Part shown: positions 28,934-38,678 of the stretch, one piece after another
Layout of the letters: every line of letters begins with the position of its first letter
How positions within the stretch are numbered: position 1 is the first letter of the stretch
NCBI GenBank assembly: GCA_000002435.2
Contig: CM018791.1
Length of the DNA stretch: 64,000 nt
Reading direction: 5' to 3' (one strand)
From: Giardia intestinalis
Taxonomy: Eukaryota
Notes under the pieces: generated by a model
Told to the model about the DNA's origin: nothing
The model's input: only the letters and a program-made list of their open reading frames with translations
Database searches by the model: none
Translations under genes and position numbers: made by a program

Positions 28934-31900
28934 TCACTGCAGAATGCGACCAGAATTGCAGATCTCGTCACCGATGATCCCAACAAGGTCGCTGTTGTGA
29001 AGCTCTTCCAAGCTGATGTGAATGCGATACTTCCACTGCCACTCGCTTGCTCCGGGCATGTTTATTATCTCGTCCTTTGTGTCTCCGTTATATCTGTACT
29101 TGTCGCACGCCCCAAATATGTCCTGCAGCATCAGGCAGCATATGATGGACCTGGAGTGCAGATTCTGACGGAGGATAGCGCGACAGTCGAACTCAGAAAG
29201 TGAACGGGAAACTTGCCAATCGCTGTCTCCCGCACGGCCCAAGTTTTCTCTCCAGAATGCGCATGCAGCGGAACGATTATGCTCCCACCAAGCACGAAGT
29301 GGGTACGTGTCATGTGTCGATGGAGCAGCCACCGTAAGGTACGAGTAAACACTCTCGTCATCACAACGATAAAAGTGTCCAGGATAACCTTCGTGGGTCA
29401 TTCGTTGAACTCTGAGCCCGATGATTCCTAGGTCGGCCATGACCCGACGGATGCAGGGGTGCAAGTACCCAAGATCCTCTCCGCAAATCATCATGTTCGT
29501 GGACTCCTTTATGAGCCGCAGGTGCTTTGTGCCGCTTCTGGTCCACTCGTCGTTGTGCCAGGTAGTGAAGTACTCATAGCTCCAATGTCTTATCTTATCG
29601 CGGAGCCCGATATGCTCAAGGCTAGTAAGAGACACTGCCTCGCTGGACACATGTCTATTCGTGAATACAGGGTGGCAGAAAGCGTCTGGGTTGGAGACAT
29701 CGTTTAAAAGACAGACATTCCCTAGTAGCTTTCTATACGTTTCCATCAATGCAGAGTGCAATTCTAGTGCAATATCTTCATTAAGCAAGAGGCTATCTAG
29801 CAGCGCGCAGGCCTTTTGCTCTTGTAGCTCTATCACGTAAGAATCCGTTCGTTTGTCATAACTAAGTACTCCAAACTCAACGAGTGTTGAGCACGCCAAG
29901 TCGCCGGCTGCGTGACCAGCAAGTTTGTGCGCCAGATCACGCTTGAGGAGAGGCTGCGTAAGACGTGTACGTATGTCGCTCTTGCTGCGACACCACGAAA
30001 TACTTGAGTTGGGGTCATAGCACTCTTCAAATATCCAATCCCAGTGCAGAGGAGCTGCAGGAACAAACTGTCCCAGAGATCCATTATTCTTCCCTGCAGT
30101 AAGCGGCAATTCCCACGTGCGAAACAGCCCGAGAATATGATCCAGGCGCACGCAATCGAAGAACAGCTCTGCGTGCTTGAGGCGTCTCTGCATCCATTGA
30201 TACCCGTCAATCTCCTCCATCTTGCGCCAGTTGTATGCCGGATAGCCCCAGTTCTGACCCATTGGCGTAAATGCGTCGGGTGGCGCACCAACAACACGGC
30301 TCTTCTCAAAGTATTCTGGGTACACCCAGGAATCTACGCCGACCGGGGACGTGCCAAAGCTCAAGTCGCCCTTGAGACATATGCCTCTGGACCGGCAGTA
30401 CATAGCAGAGTCCTGTAACTGTGTGTGAGCATGCATCTGAAGAAAGGCATAAAAGAATATGTGCTTCGTAGTGCTCACTACTTCCTTGCCTATCTCCTTA
30501 GTTACTGTAGATGAAGGGGAGGCCCCAGAGGAGATCTTATCATACAGGGTCTTAATGTACAGGCAGCTATCGGTTGGTGTAAGTGCAGAGATGTTTGCTG
30601 GCTTTATTGCATCATAGAAACGCTTCAAAAGAGGATTTCTTGCAGACATGTCAGTGGATGGGTCCAGGAAACTCAACCCCTCAAAAACGTCGATAAAGTA
30701 GCGGTACAGCATGTAACTATATATCCAGTACTCGATTAGTGGGCTGCTCTGAATCCACGTGACAATATCCTTCACTAGTGTATGCAGGCCTGCGGTGTCA
30801 CAGATGTAAGAGTATATTAAATACAAAAAGTTCAGCTTTTCTCTGCACACCTTGCCATAGTTGTACCTACAGTGGAGATAAGATATGTCCCTCGTCATAT
30901 GGTGGCGGAAGTCATTAAGCTTCCGTGTTACTACACTATCCATTCCGGAGATCTTTTCGCACCTTATATAGATGGGATGAAGAGCAAAGACAGAAATGCC
31001 CGCATATGGTGAAGAATCCCCCGCCGAGAAATGGCTCTTAATCGTGTTGGTACCTGAGGGGGATAAGATTGGGCCGGTTATAGTGTCCTGAAGGGGAAGA
31101 AGCTGTATTATGTTGAACCCGCAGCACTTGGCGAAGTTGACAAGCATGCGCAGATCACCGAAGTCCCCAACACCAGTGGAGAGTGCAGAGCGGAGGCTGA
31201 AAAGAGGCACGCAGAGAGATGTGAACCGCGGTACTGCACTGTATGGATACCGGAAAAATCCGCAAATGAAGTACGACCAATACCTTATCGTCACAGTCTT
31301 GAGGTGGCTATTGCCCTTTTTAGCAGTAGAAGGGGCAGAACTAAGCAGCTTGACCTCACTACTATTGTTATTGTCTTCAACTTCTTGATCGTCCTTTTGA
31401 CCCGGAGAAGATGCTGTCGTGGTTGTAGATGTGGTCGCAGATGCGGCTGCGGCCGCATAAAGATCACCGACGGTCTTGTATGGAAGTGTCCTATGCACAG
31501 ACTCGTCGCCCAGGGTGTATGTAGCTGTCATCGAGAAAGTCTCAGATAGATGTATTGATCGGTTTTCTCCACTTTCGAAAGAGATGTTTCCATCTGCATG
31601 GACGATGGCAAACTTGAAAAGGAAGGTTTTTAGCTCGTCTACTGTAAAGTAGAAGACAGTTGGGGCTTCAAATCTACGCTCTCCCACATGGTTGAATATT
31701 ATGGAGCTCCTGGAGCGGGGGTTCCAGTTACCGAAACGGGGCAGATTACCAGTCAATAGTACGCGCTCGCCCTTGAAGACGTATGGCACCATGCATGCAA
31801 ACAACACGGGGACTAGGTTGGACTGAACGAGATTAGACCTACTCAGCTTTGCTATTGCCTTCTTATTCTCGACCTCCTTAACGACTTTACTTACCTTTAG

Positions 31901-32581
31901 AATCGCTAGCTTCTCAGGTGCCCCGTGGTGTATGGTGGCGTCCTTCAGTATCGATGTGGTTGCAGAGTCTGTCATGTCCAGGGAGTCATCAATCTTCCAA
32001 AAACATCTGTTGAAAAGCTTATTTAGTAGGTGTCCGCTATCTAGAACGCTTTTGTCCACCTTGAGGTCGTGACCAATCATGACCTTCATCGCAGAGGTAT
32101 TCCAAGGGCTGCTGGAACTGAAGCTCCAGTCATCCACCAGGGTAAAGCTCACGTCAAGGACATTTCCGCTGTTGTTGACAAGTGACTCATACTGAGGATG
32201 CAACACTAAGGCTGAGATGCATTGATCATAGATTGATTGAGTGGGGGGAATGTTCGGTAGAATACGCTTCAGCACATCGGGGGACTGAGACCCATCTTCA
32301 TTGATGACGGCATACCTGTACGCTCGCATATCCTCTGTGTCTGCACGATCTTCTGAAAGCCTCTCCAAGGTGTCTGTAATATCCAGGTCTAGCTCCCACA
32401 GAGGCCCGTTTCTACGCATAAAAACCATTGGTTCCTTTGCAAAGGAAGACAGGAGAGCTAGGCGCTGTGTGGGGTGCGCCACGTAGTTGTCTACCACGAA
32501 GCGGATATTGACCCTGAGTGCGTGATCCATTGTTTTTCTTCCAGCTTTGTAGAGTAGCTGTAGTGGAAAAATAAATGACAT
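28934..32581 (-). CDS. 4-alpha-glucanotransferase (disproportionating enzyme, GH77) of the DPE2 type with two N-terminal CBM20 starch-binding domains
   Basis: 1215 aa with a verified ATG (a second in-frame Met at residue 18). The three GH77 catalytic regions are present: CVRLDHILGLFRTWELP (nucleophile Asp), MMICGEDLGYL (acid/base Glu) and VAAPSTHDTYP (Asp), plus GQNWGYPAYNW. The N-terminal CBM20-like modules include GERVLLTGNLPRFGNWNP ... GNISFESGENRSIHL, which resembles plant DPE2 CBM20-2. Confidence 0.9.
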   Translation of the reverse strand: MSFIFPLQLLYKAGRKTMDHALRVNIRFVVDNYVAHPTQRLALLSSFAKEPMVFMRRNGPLWELDLDITDTLERLSEDRADTEDMRAYRYAVINEDGSQSPDVLKRILPNIPPTQSIYDQCISALVLHPQYESLVNNSGNVLDVSFTLVDDWSFSSSSPWNTSAMKVMIGHDLKVDKSVLDSGHLLNKLFNRCFWKIDDSLDMTDSATTSILKDATIHHGAPEKLAILKVSKVVKEVENKKAIAKLSRSNLVQSNLVPVLFACMVPYVFKGERVLLTGNLPRFGNWNPRSRSSIIFNHVGERRFEAPTVFYFTVDELKTFLFKFAIVHADGNISFESGENRSIHLSETFSMTATYTLGDESVHRTLPYKTVGDLYAAAAASATTSTTTTASSPGQKDDQEVEDNNNSSEVKLLSSAPSTAKKGNSHLKTVTIRYWSYFICGFFRYPYSAVPRFTSLCVPLFSLRSALSTGVGDFGDLRMLVNFAKCCGFNIIQLLPLQDTITGPILSPSGTNTIKSHFSAGDSSPYAGISVFALHPIYIRCEKISGMDSVVTRKLNDFRHHMTRDISYLHCRYNYGKVCREKLNFLYLIYSYICDTAGLHTLVKDIVTWIQSSPLIEYWIYSYMLYRYFIDVFEGLSFLDPSTDMSARNPLLKRFYDAIKPANISALTPTDSCLYIKTLYDKISSGASPSSTVTKEIGKEVVSTTKHIFFYAFLQMHAHTQLQDSAMYCRSRGICLKGDLSFGTSPVGVDSWVYPEYFEKSRVVGAPPDAFTPMGQNWGYPAYNWRKMEEIDGYQWMQRRLKHAELFFDCVRLDHILGLFRTWELPLTAGKNNGSLGQFVPAAPLHWDWIFEECYDPNSSISWCRSKSDIRTRLTQPLLKRDLAHKLAGHAAGDLACSTLVEFGVLSYDKRTDSYVIELQEQKACALLDSLLLNEDIALELHSALMETYRKLLGNVCLLNDVSNPDAFCHPVFTNRHVSSEAVSLTSLEHIGLRDKIRHWSYEYFTTWHNDEWTRSGTKHLRLIKESTNMMICGEDLGYLHPCIRRVMADLGIIGLRVQRMTHEGYPGHFYRCDDESVYSYLTVAAPSTHDTYPLRAWWEHNRSAACAFWRENLGRAGDSDWQVSRSLSEFDCRAILRQNLHSRSIICCLMLQDIFGACDKYRYNGDTKDEIINMPGASEWQWKYRIHISLEELHNSDLVGIIGDEICNSGRILQ

Positions 32582-32681
32582 TTTACATTAAAAAGCATTT
32601 AAGCTGCCGAATTGCAAATTCCCGTCCTCCTTGGATCCTTGGATTTAGCAGTTCTCTGTCCACCAGCTTAGTAGAGCTACC

Positions 32682-33455
32682 ATGAAAGAAGGTACAAGAG
32701 AAGGATTTGCAGACGAAGTCTTCAAGGAGTTTTTAGCGCAAAACTCGAGCACAATTCAGGACTCTATCCTGATGATACAAAAGATCTGCCTCATTCAGGC
32801 ATTCACTCGTGGCTATCTTGTGCATAGACGGTACTGTATTGTGAATGAGAGCGCCATCGTCATCCAGAAGAACTATCTGCGAAAGCGAGCAGTAACTGAA
32901 ACGAACAAACTATTTGATGCTGCGATGTATCTGCGCCGGAAGGACTTCTTTGATAACCATGCAACGGTCATCCAAGCCGCTTTTCGCGGGTTCTATGCGC
33001 GAAAGTATATCCTTGACGCTAGTCAGCGGAGAAAGTACATAGCGGCTGTCGCAACCGTTTCGGCGAATCTTGCCGAGGAGGCCCGAGAATTCAGTAAGAA
33101 ATGTGCTGCAGAGAAGGTGGCTGAGGAAAATCAGAGGAAAGCGGCATATATAAAGAGCCTTGCCCATCAACATCACCTACGATCCACAAAGGCTATACCG
33201 GGAGTTTACAAGCCTCAATTTCCTATGTCACCTCAAACGATAGATGGACGGGCCATAGATGACATCATAAAGGCTGAGGGACTTGCAGTGGCAAAGAAAG
33301 CTACGTACTCTGTTACCCGCTCGCGCACATCAAAGTTTCCTTTGCTAAGTAGTGCACCATCGGCCCCAAAGAACTCTAGCGCCCTTGCCAGCGGCGCCAC
33401 AAATTTACTCTCTCCTGTTCCAGCCCCTCTCTCAGGTCTATCTAATAGAACCTAG
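32682..33455 (+). CDS. IQ calmodulin-binding motif protein
   Basis: 257 aa with ATG at 32682. Three IQ-like motifs are present: IQAFTRGYLVHRRY, IQKNYLRKRAV and IQAAFRGFYARKYI. A basic helical middle and an S/P-rich tail follow. Confidence 0.7.
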   Translation: MKEGTREGFADEVFKEFLAQNSSTIQDSILMIQKICLIQAFTRGYLVHRRYCIVNESAIVIQKNYLRKRAVTETNKLFDAAMYLRRKDFFDNHATVIQAAFRGFYARKYILDASQRRKYIAAVATVSANLAEEAREFSKKCAAEKVAEENQRKAAYIKSLAHQHHLRSTKAIPGVYKPQFPMSPQTIDGRAIDDIIKAEGLAVAKKATYSVTRSRTSKFPLLSSAPSAPKNSSALASGATNLLSPVPAPLSGLSNRT

Positions 33456-33483
33456 AAATGGTTGTGATGTAGTTCATGGACTT

Positions 33484-36400
33484 TTAAACAATGAAGCAGA
33501 AGCATAACAATAAGGCATTATCCCTATAACTATTGTGGATTTGGTTGGACAGACTCTCCAACCGCTTCCTTTTCGCCTTCATTTTTTCATCCAATTGATG
33601 CAATCGCGTATTCTTTCCCATTTGATTCTCATGTTTTTCCTTATGGGCATCCATCTTGGCGCGCACAGCTTGGTATTGCTTATGTAGCGCATTTATGTCG
33701 GACTTCTGAGTGACCATCTCTGCCTCTGCGGCGCATACTCCCTCTGCGATCAACTTACATTTTAATAACTGCAAAACCTGACTTGCGCTGACCATGTTGT
33801 GAGTTAATAGGGAATGTAAAATCTTAAGCGCTGCATCTGACACCTCTATTTCCCTTAGCTCTGAAAGGATCTCTGGCATCTGGTGTGACTGGTCTGTGGC
33901 AACTGTCACATTCAGCGCATTGAACATTAAATGTACTAGAGAGTATTGGTTACTCAGGCCAGCTTGAGACTTTGCTTTGGAACCATCACACACTCGCAAC
34001 CGCAACGCTTGCAGTTTTGAGGTCTCTCTTTCGTGGTCAGGTTCGGTTATAAACCGCAGCTGTACTGCCATAGCTATTGTGTCTAGTAATGGGTATACTT
34101 TGCCGGCCATCAGGGGGTCTTTTAACCTTTCACAGATAGGTAGGAAGACCTCTAACAGGGTAGTAGTAACTTCCATACCTACAGCAGAAGCAGGGACAGC
34201 TAGTCGGATGAGGTACTCTTCTAGAGGATACTCGTGGAGTACTTCTGCAAGCAACGATGCGTTCGAGTCCAGCATCTCCTTAAGGTAACGCAAAGCACCT
34301 AATGCAACTTGCTTGCGATCCCAGTTAGCAAACTGAAAGATTAAAGCGTTAACCTTTGCGATATTTTCAGTGTCAAGTTCATTATTAAGGAGTGTAAAGA
34401 TCTGTAAGATGAGACAGTATGCTATGTCCAAGCCCGTAAACACAGATGTACACTGATATTTAAGAGGAGTAGAAGAAATGAAAGGAAACGCGACCGAGGG
34501 TTGGAGGTCGTAGAACACAGCTAGGTCCTTCTGTGTGTACACGGTGTACACACCGTTAGATGCCATAGCCAAGTAGGTACATGCCTTGAGCAGTGGGTCT
34601 GATCGACACCTCAAGAAAAGTTCATCCGTCAAGCCAAAGCAAGAAGCAGCAACCGCGCTAATTGGAAGCCCCATCGCATCGGCTACCATGTGCATATCTA
34701 CATAATGTGATTGTTGAAAGAGACAAAGTTCAATAGTCTGGAGGAGGTGGACCAGACTCATCTGGTAACTTGTTGCCGCGGATGCTAGGTGAGTTATGAA
34801 CACTGTTAGGCTAGGCCCGCCCTCTACATCTGGCGCTGCGATATAGGCACTCGCAAAAGCTGCGGAAAGCTCGACAAATATTCGCTCCTGACCGCCTCTG
34901 TTCTGATACCCGAAATCTCTAGTGAATCCACTGTGATAGGTGGCATGAAGCTGTAGTATGCGCAAAAGGCTCTTTAACCATGCCCCATGCAGCTCATCTC
35001 CATCTTTGTAAGCCTGTGCAGATATGCTTTTCACAAATCCGATGTTTTCAAATAGCCAATCCACAAACCTCGCCCAGAAGCTAACTTCATGCCTCTCAGT
35101 GGTGTTGTATCTGTCAAACGTGATTGCAGTATAAGTCTTCATCTCATGAGGGCAGACCACAGCCTCTAATGCACGCAAGAGTAAGATTGGATTTGATGAA
35201 AATAACAATCTGAAGTAGAGCACCAGATCCTCTTCACTAAGGGTATCGTTTCTGCATAAAGATGACAGCAAGAGTCGGGACACAAAACATACTTCTAGAA
35301 TGTTCTCTACTGAAGAATTCAGAGCTAATGCCTGCTTCAAAAGCGAACAAGCTCTGAAATACGAAAGCCTAGAAGGATGCTTAACATCTAGATAGCCGCG
35401 CTTAACATACAGTGTCACCGAGAGCTCCGTTGCATACAATATCGTTGATTGTGGCTCTATGTTACAGGAGTAAATAGGCTCATAAATCCGCTCGGATGCA
35501 TGTGAGACTATTCTATAGATAACTAACTGAGGATGTGCACGTGGAATTGCAAACAATAACCAGGTAGATTCGGTCGAAACAGATGCTTCACACAAGACCC
35601 AATAAAATGAAGAAAATTCAGAAAAGCTACTGATGGGACTGGTAAGTGCTTGCTCATTATTCTCCTTCTCTTGTAAAACTCTTCTGAGATAAAAGGATTT
35701 TCTGAATCTTTCTAAAGGTATGGCGATCTTAGGTGAGGATGAAAGTATCTTGTACTCCTGTTCATGATTAACAAAGACAGAGACTGAGCGTAAAGAACAT
35801 GCTTTGGACGCCAGGACAAGCTCTGGCCTAAGTATCACACTAATGAGTTCATGGTCTGTTGTCAGACCTAAGAAGTGGATAGTGATAGACTTAGATTCTG
35901 CAGTATCCATGCTCTCGGGTCCCTGCAGTGCCACTGGGAATAAAAGTAAAGATCCATCGCAACTCAGTACTGATTCTAAAAGATCAGTACTCAATTGAGA
36001 GGCGAAGTCAAGTTCAAGAAAAGTTGCGCTTGTGTGTGTCAAAATGTGTTCTTGTAGGTGATCAGACCGAAAAGGGTCGACAAGAAGCTCTTCCTTTGTG
36101 ACGATATCATATGATGTACTACGCTGTCCGGCCTGTCCAGTATCTTCCAAGTCATTCAATGCTTGAAAATGCGCCTTTTTATTTCCCTTCATAACCCGTG
36201 CAATGACACTATCCGCTTGCACCAGCTTTTCTTGCTCTTCGAAGCTGGTATCCCCGGCTATTGCGGGAGCTTCCGAGGTCAAGGTTAAGGAGCTAAACGG
36301 TGAGACTAATACAACAAGGAGCTTAGTGCTGGTCACAACGGCCACGTACACATCTTGTTCGTGTTGCTGGATAATGCATGTTGCAATAAGCGGCTCGGTA

Positions 36401-38025
36401 GTATGGAATATGCAAGAGCTGTATGCTGGGGGTGGGATGCAGAAAGAGGCCAGATCTGTGTAGACAACCATACCATCCTGAATACGGGAGAACGAACCAG
36501 TAAACGATTGCTGCAACGCAGCATGCAAGGTTGTAGACAAGAGAAACCGTGGAGAAGCTATACAGATTACACCTCCGTCCTCGGAGATATAGCTTGGTGC
36601 AGTCAGTGGAACCCCGGGATAACAGGGAATAACTATCTCAGCTGCAAGCCTCCATACATAGGAGGCCGTCGCGTATACGGCCATGCAATAGAACCCCTGT
36701 CCTCTATGGAGCACAAGCACATGATGTCCTTGATCCAATCGCACCCCTTTAACCATAACCAGTTCTGCATGCTGACTCCCAGGACTAGGGACACGTAACG
36801 GAAATACAATATGTGGATTGCGCAGTACTAAGGGATCATAGAGACACACAGAAGATGGATAGATTGCCATGGTGTTTGCAGAAAACGTCAGGTTATCAGT
36901 AAAGTTCTTAGGAACACCATAGTACTGCTTGTACCACTCCAGGTCATCGTGCTCTCCCATGTAGGACGAAGGGGTCCAGCTGACGTCCTCAATGGACTCT
37001 AGGGCAATTTCTCGGCCTTCATATGGGATGTACTTCTGTGCGACATTGGTAGAGCATGCACATTCATGTGGTGTAGCAGACTCGGCAGTTGCTTTACAGC
37101 ATGCAGTGTGTGCTTCGCTCTTGGTGGATACGCCTGGTTTGGATTGTAGCTGGGGCCGACATGTCAAAATCACAAACCGTCCATCGCTTGTAAAGCCGTG
37201 GAAATCCAACGGTTGATCCTGTTTGCGCCAGCTACACGGTACCCAGCCAACTCTATCTCTGGATAGCTCCTGCTTGAATTGAGCACGAAGTTCCGAGGAG
37301 AAGTTCAATTGCTTGGCGAATGTAACGTCAAAATGCGAAGAGGAAGCATCGGCTAATACAAGAAGGTATGAGCCAGAGTCGTTGGTGGACACATGGACAG
37401 CTAATAAGAGCCCCGTGGGGTCAAAGGATGCTTTTAGCTTGCGCAGAGAGACAGTGGTGGGTAGCTCTAAGTGATGCACGACTGTGCACAAGTGTTTGAG
37501 AGCAGGGAGGGCGCAGATGCATTCGTCCTCGTAAAACATGATGGTGAGGGAGCAGTCTGCATGAAGAACGCAGTATGCAAAGAGTCCTGCAGAAGAAGTA
37601 GTGATGCAAAAGATATCTGATGGCAGGCGAGCAGCCATAAGCTTTAGCTGAATTGAGCTGGAAAACCCGCCCTCTGTTACATGGCACTCGTAAAGAGAGT
37701 CATCCACCATGTATAACAGCATATTCGGATAGAGTAATGAAGCAGCCATAATTGGGGAGGAAAACTGGCATGTGTATGGAGAAATGGACGTTGATTTAGA
37801 ATATGACAGAGAGTGTTCATACACCGCAAATATCCCTCCATCATCAGTAGGAAACACCCCAATTAAGGTGTCGCTGGACCCAGAAGCCAGAGGATAGCGG
37901 GAAAAACTGGCAGGAATAATACTGTCCATAAATGTCAGCCAAAAATGCCAGCTAAGATTTAAGTTTATTAATTGAAAGTATGATTTGCCATGTGTTTGTT
38001 GCTTATGGAGGCACAACGGCAGCAT
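33484..38025 (-). CDS. Large hypothetical protein (1513 aa) with a beta-rich N-terminal region, helical middle and C-terminal coiled coil
   Basis: ATG verified at 38025, with an alternative Met 33 codons in. No catalytic motif recognised. The N-terminal ~600 aa are rich in short hydrophobic/Ser-Gly stretches typical of beta-propeller or beta-sandwich regions. The C-terminal 80 aa are coiled coil (HKQYQAVRAKMDAHKEKHENQMGKNTRLHQLDEKMKAKRKRLESLSNQ). The overall architecture resembles protocoatomer or tethering-complex subunits, but the family is not assigned. Confidence 0.75.
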   Translation of the reverse strand: MLPLCLHKQQTHGKSYFQLINLNLSWHFWLTFMDSIIPASFSRYPLASGSSDTLIGVFPTDDGGIFAVYEHSLSYSKSTSISPYTCQFSSPIMAASLLYPNMLLYMVDDSLYECHVTEGGFSSSIQLKLMAARLPSDIFCITTSSAGLFAYCVLHADCSLTIMFYEDECICALPALKHLCTVVHHLELPTTVSLRKLKASFDPTGLLLAVHVSTNDSGSYLLVLADASSSHFDVTFAKQLNFSSELRAQFKQELSRDRVGWVPCSWRKQDQPLDFHGFTSDGRFVILTCRPQLQSKPGVSTKSEAHTACCKATAESATPHECACSTNVAQKYIPYEGREIALESIEDVSWTPSSYMGEHDDLEWYKQYYGVPKNFTDNLTFSANTMAIYPSSVCLYDPLVLRNPHIVFPLRVPSPGSQHAELVMVKGVRLDQGHHVLVLHRGQGFYCMAVYATASYVWRLAAEIVIPCYPGVPLTAPSYISEDGGVICIASPRFLLSTTLHAALQQSFTGSFSRIQDGMVVYTDLASFCIPPPAYSSCIFHTTEPLIATCIIQQHEQDVYVAVVTSTKLLVVLVSPFSSLTLTSEAPAIAGDTSFEEQEKLVQADSVIARVMKGNKKAHFQALNDLEDTGQAGQRSTSYDIVTKEELLVDPFRSDHLQEHILTHTSATFLELDFASQLSTDLLESVLSCDGSLLLFPVALQGPESMDTAESKSITIHFLGLTTDHELISVILRPELVLASKACSLRSVSVFVNHEQEYKILSSSPKIAIPLERFRKSFYLRRVLQEKENNEQALTSPISSFSEFSSFYWVLCEASVSTESTWLLFAIPRAHPQLVIYRIVSHASERIYEPIYSCNIEPQSTILYATELSVTLYVKRGYLDVKHPSRLSYFRACSLLKQALALNSSVENILEVCFVSRLLLSSLCRNDTLSEEDLVLYFRLLFSSNPILLLRALEAVVCPHEMKTYTAITFDRYNTTERHEVSFWARFVDWLFENIGFVKSISAQAYKDGDELHGAWLKSLLRILQLHATYHSGFTRDFGYQNRGGQERIFVELSAAFASAYIAAPDVEGGPSLTVFITHLASAATSYQMSLVHLLQTIELCLFQQSHYVDMHMVADAMGLPISAVAASCFGLTDELFLRCRSDPLLKACTYLAMASNGVYTVYTQKDLAVFYDLQPSVAFPFISSTPLKYQCTSVFTGLDIAYCLILQIFTLLNNELDTENIAKVNALIFQFANWDRKQVALGALRYLKEMLDSNASLLAEVLHEYPLEEYLIRLAVPASAVGMEVTTTLLEVFLPICERLKDPLMAGKVYPLLDTIAMAVQLRFITEPDHERETSKLQALRLRVCDGSKAKSQAGLSNQYSLVHLMFNALNVTVATDQSHQMPEILSELREIEVSDAALKILHSLLTHNMVSASQVLQLLKCKLIAEGVCAAEAEMVTQKSDINALHKQYQAVRAKMDAHKEKHENQMGKNTRLHQLDEKMKAKRKRLESLSNQIHNSYRDNALLLCFCFIV

Positions 38026-38239
38026 TTTAGTTTTTCACTAGCTATGGCATGACGGGCTTTATGATGGCGTCCGGCAAATTGTGTATAACGTTTTGAACTA
38101 GCAATCGTCATAGCAAGCACCACAGCTTAAAATGTGATGAATATAATGAAGGGTTGCCACACTCAGGAGGTCCCCGACTGCTATGGACCTCGTAGATGAT
38201 TTTGTGCCCTTGTGTCCCTCAGATAGTAAATTTGGTAGG

Positions 38240-38617
38240 TCACCGAGGAGAATCTGGTGGCATCGACGAGTCTATGATCGGAACCATGGGGGCCTCACGC
38301 TGAAGACCAATTATCCCGCCATCAATAATATATGTTGGCAGCTTGGGGTACGCTCTAGCTATTCTATTGGCCGAGAGGAGTGCCCGTGCTGCGGACGTAC
38401 GACAGTAAATAAAGCATGCATCAGCTTCGTGCAACTGCTTGATTTGATCAGTATTGGCTACAACCTTGGTGAATGGCACATGCACACTATTAGCAACGAT
38501 CCCGCCATCGCGATTGTAATCCACATCCCGTACATCCAAAGTGACTGGACGGCTGAATGTGGAAAGAAGGGGGAGGTAGTCTGTCGGTTTGATAGTCTGT
38601 GGCAAGCTCGCAAGCAT
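38240..38617 (-). CDS. Single-domain rhodanese-like protein (sulfurtransferase / Cdc25-Acr2-like CX5R)
   Basis: 125 aa from the first ATG at 38617 (the track start at 38632 is TTG). The rhodanese fold pattern is TLDVRDVDYNRDGGIVANSVHVPF ... ADACFIYCRTSAARALLSANRIARAYPKLPTYIIDGGIIG. The active-site loop C-R-T-S-A-A-R is a CX5R motif. I prefer it over the antisense 174-aa ORF 38183..38707. Confidence 0.65.
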   Translation of the reverse strand: MLASLPQTIKPTDYLPLLSTFSRPVTLDVRDVDYNRDGGIVANSVHVPFTKVVANTDQIKQLHEADACFIYCRTSAARALLSANRIARAYPKLPTYIIDGGIIGLQREAPMVPIIDSSMPPDSPR

Positions 38618-38678
38618 CACGTTCCCAGTCAATCTATGGCCTTACCGAGGCCCAGCGCTTTAATTATTTCACGCTCAA

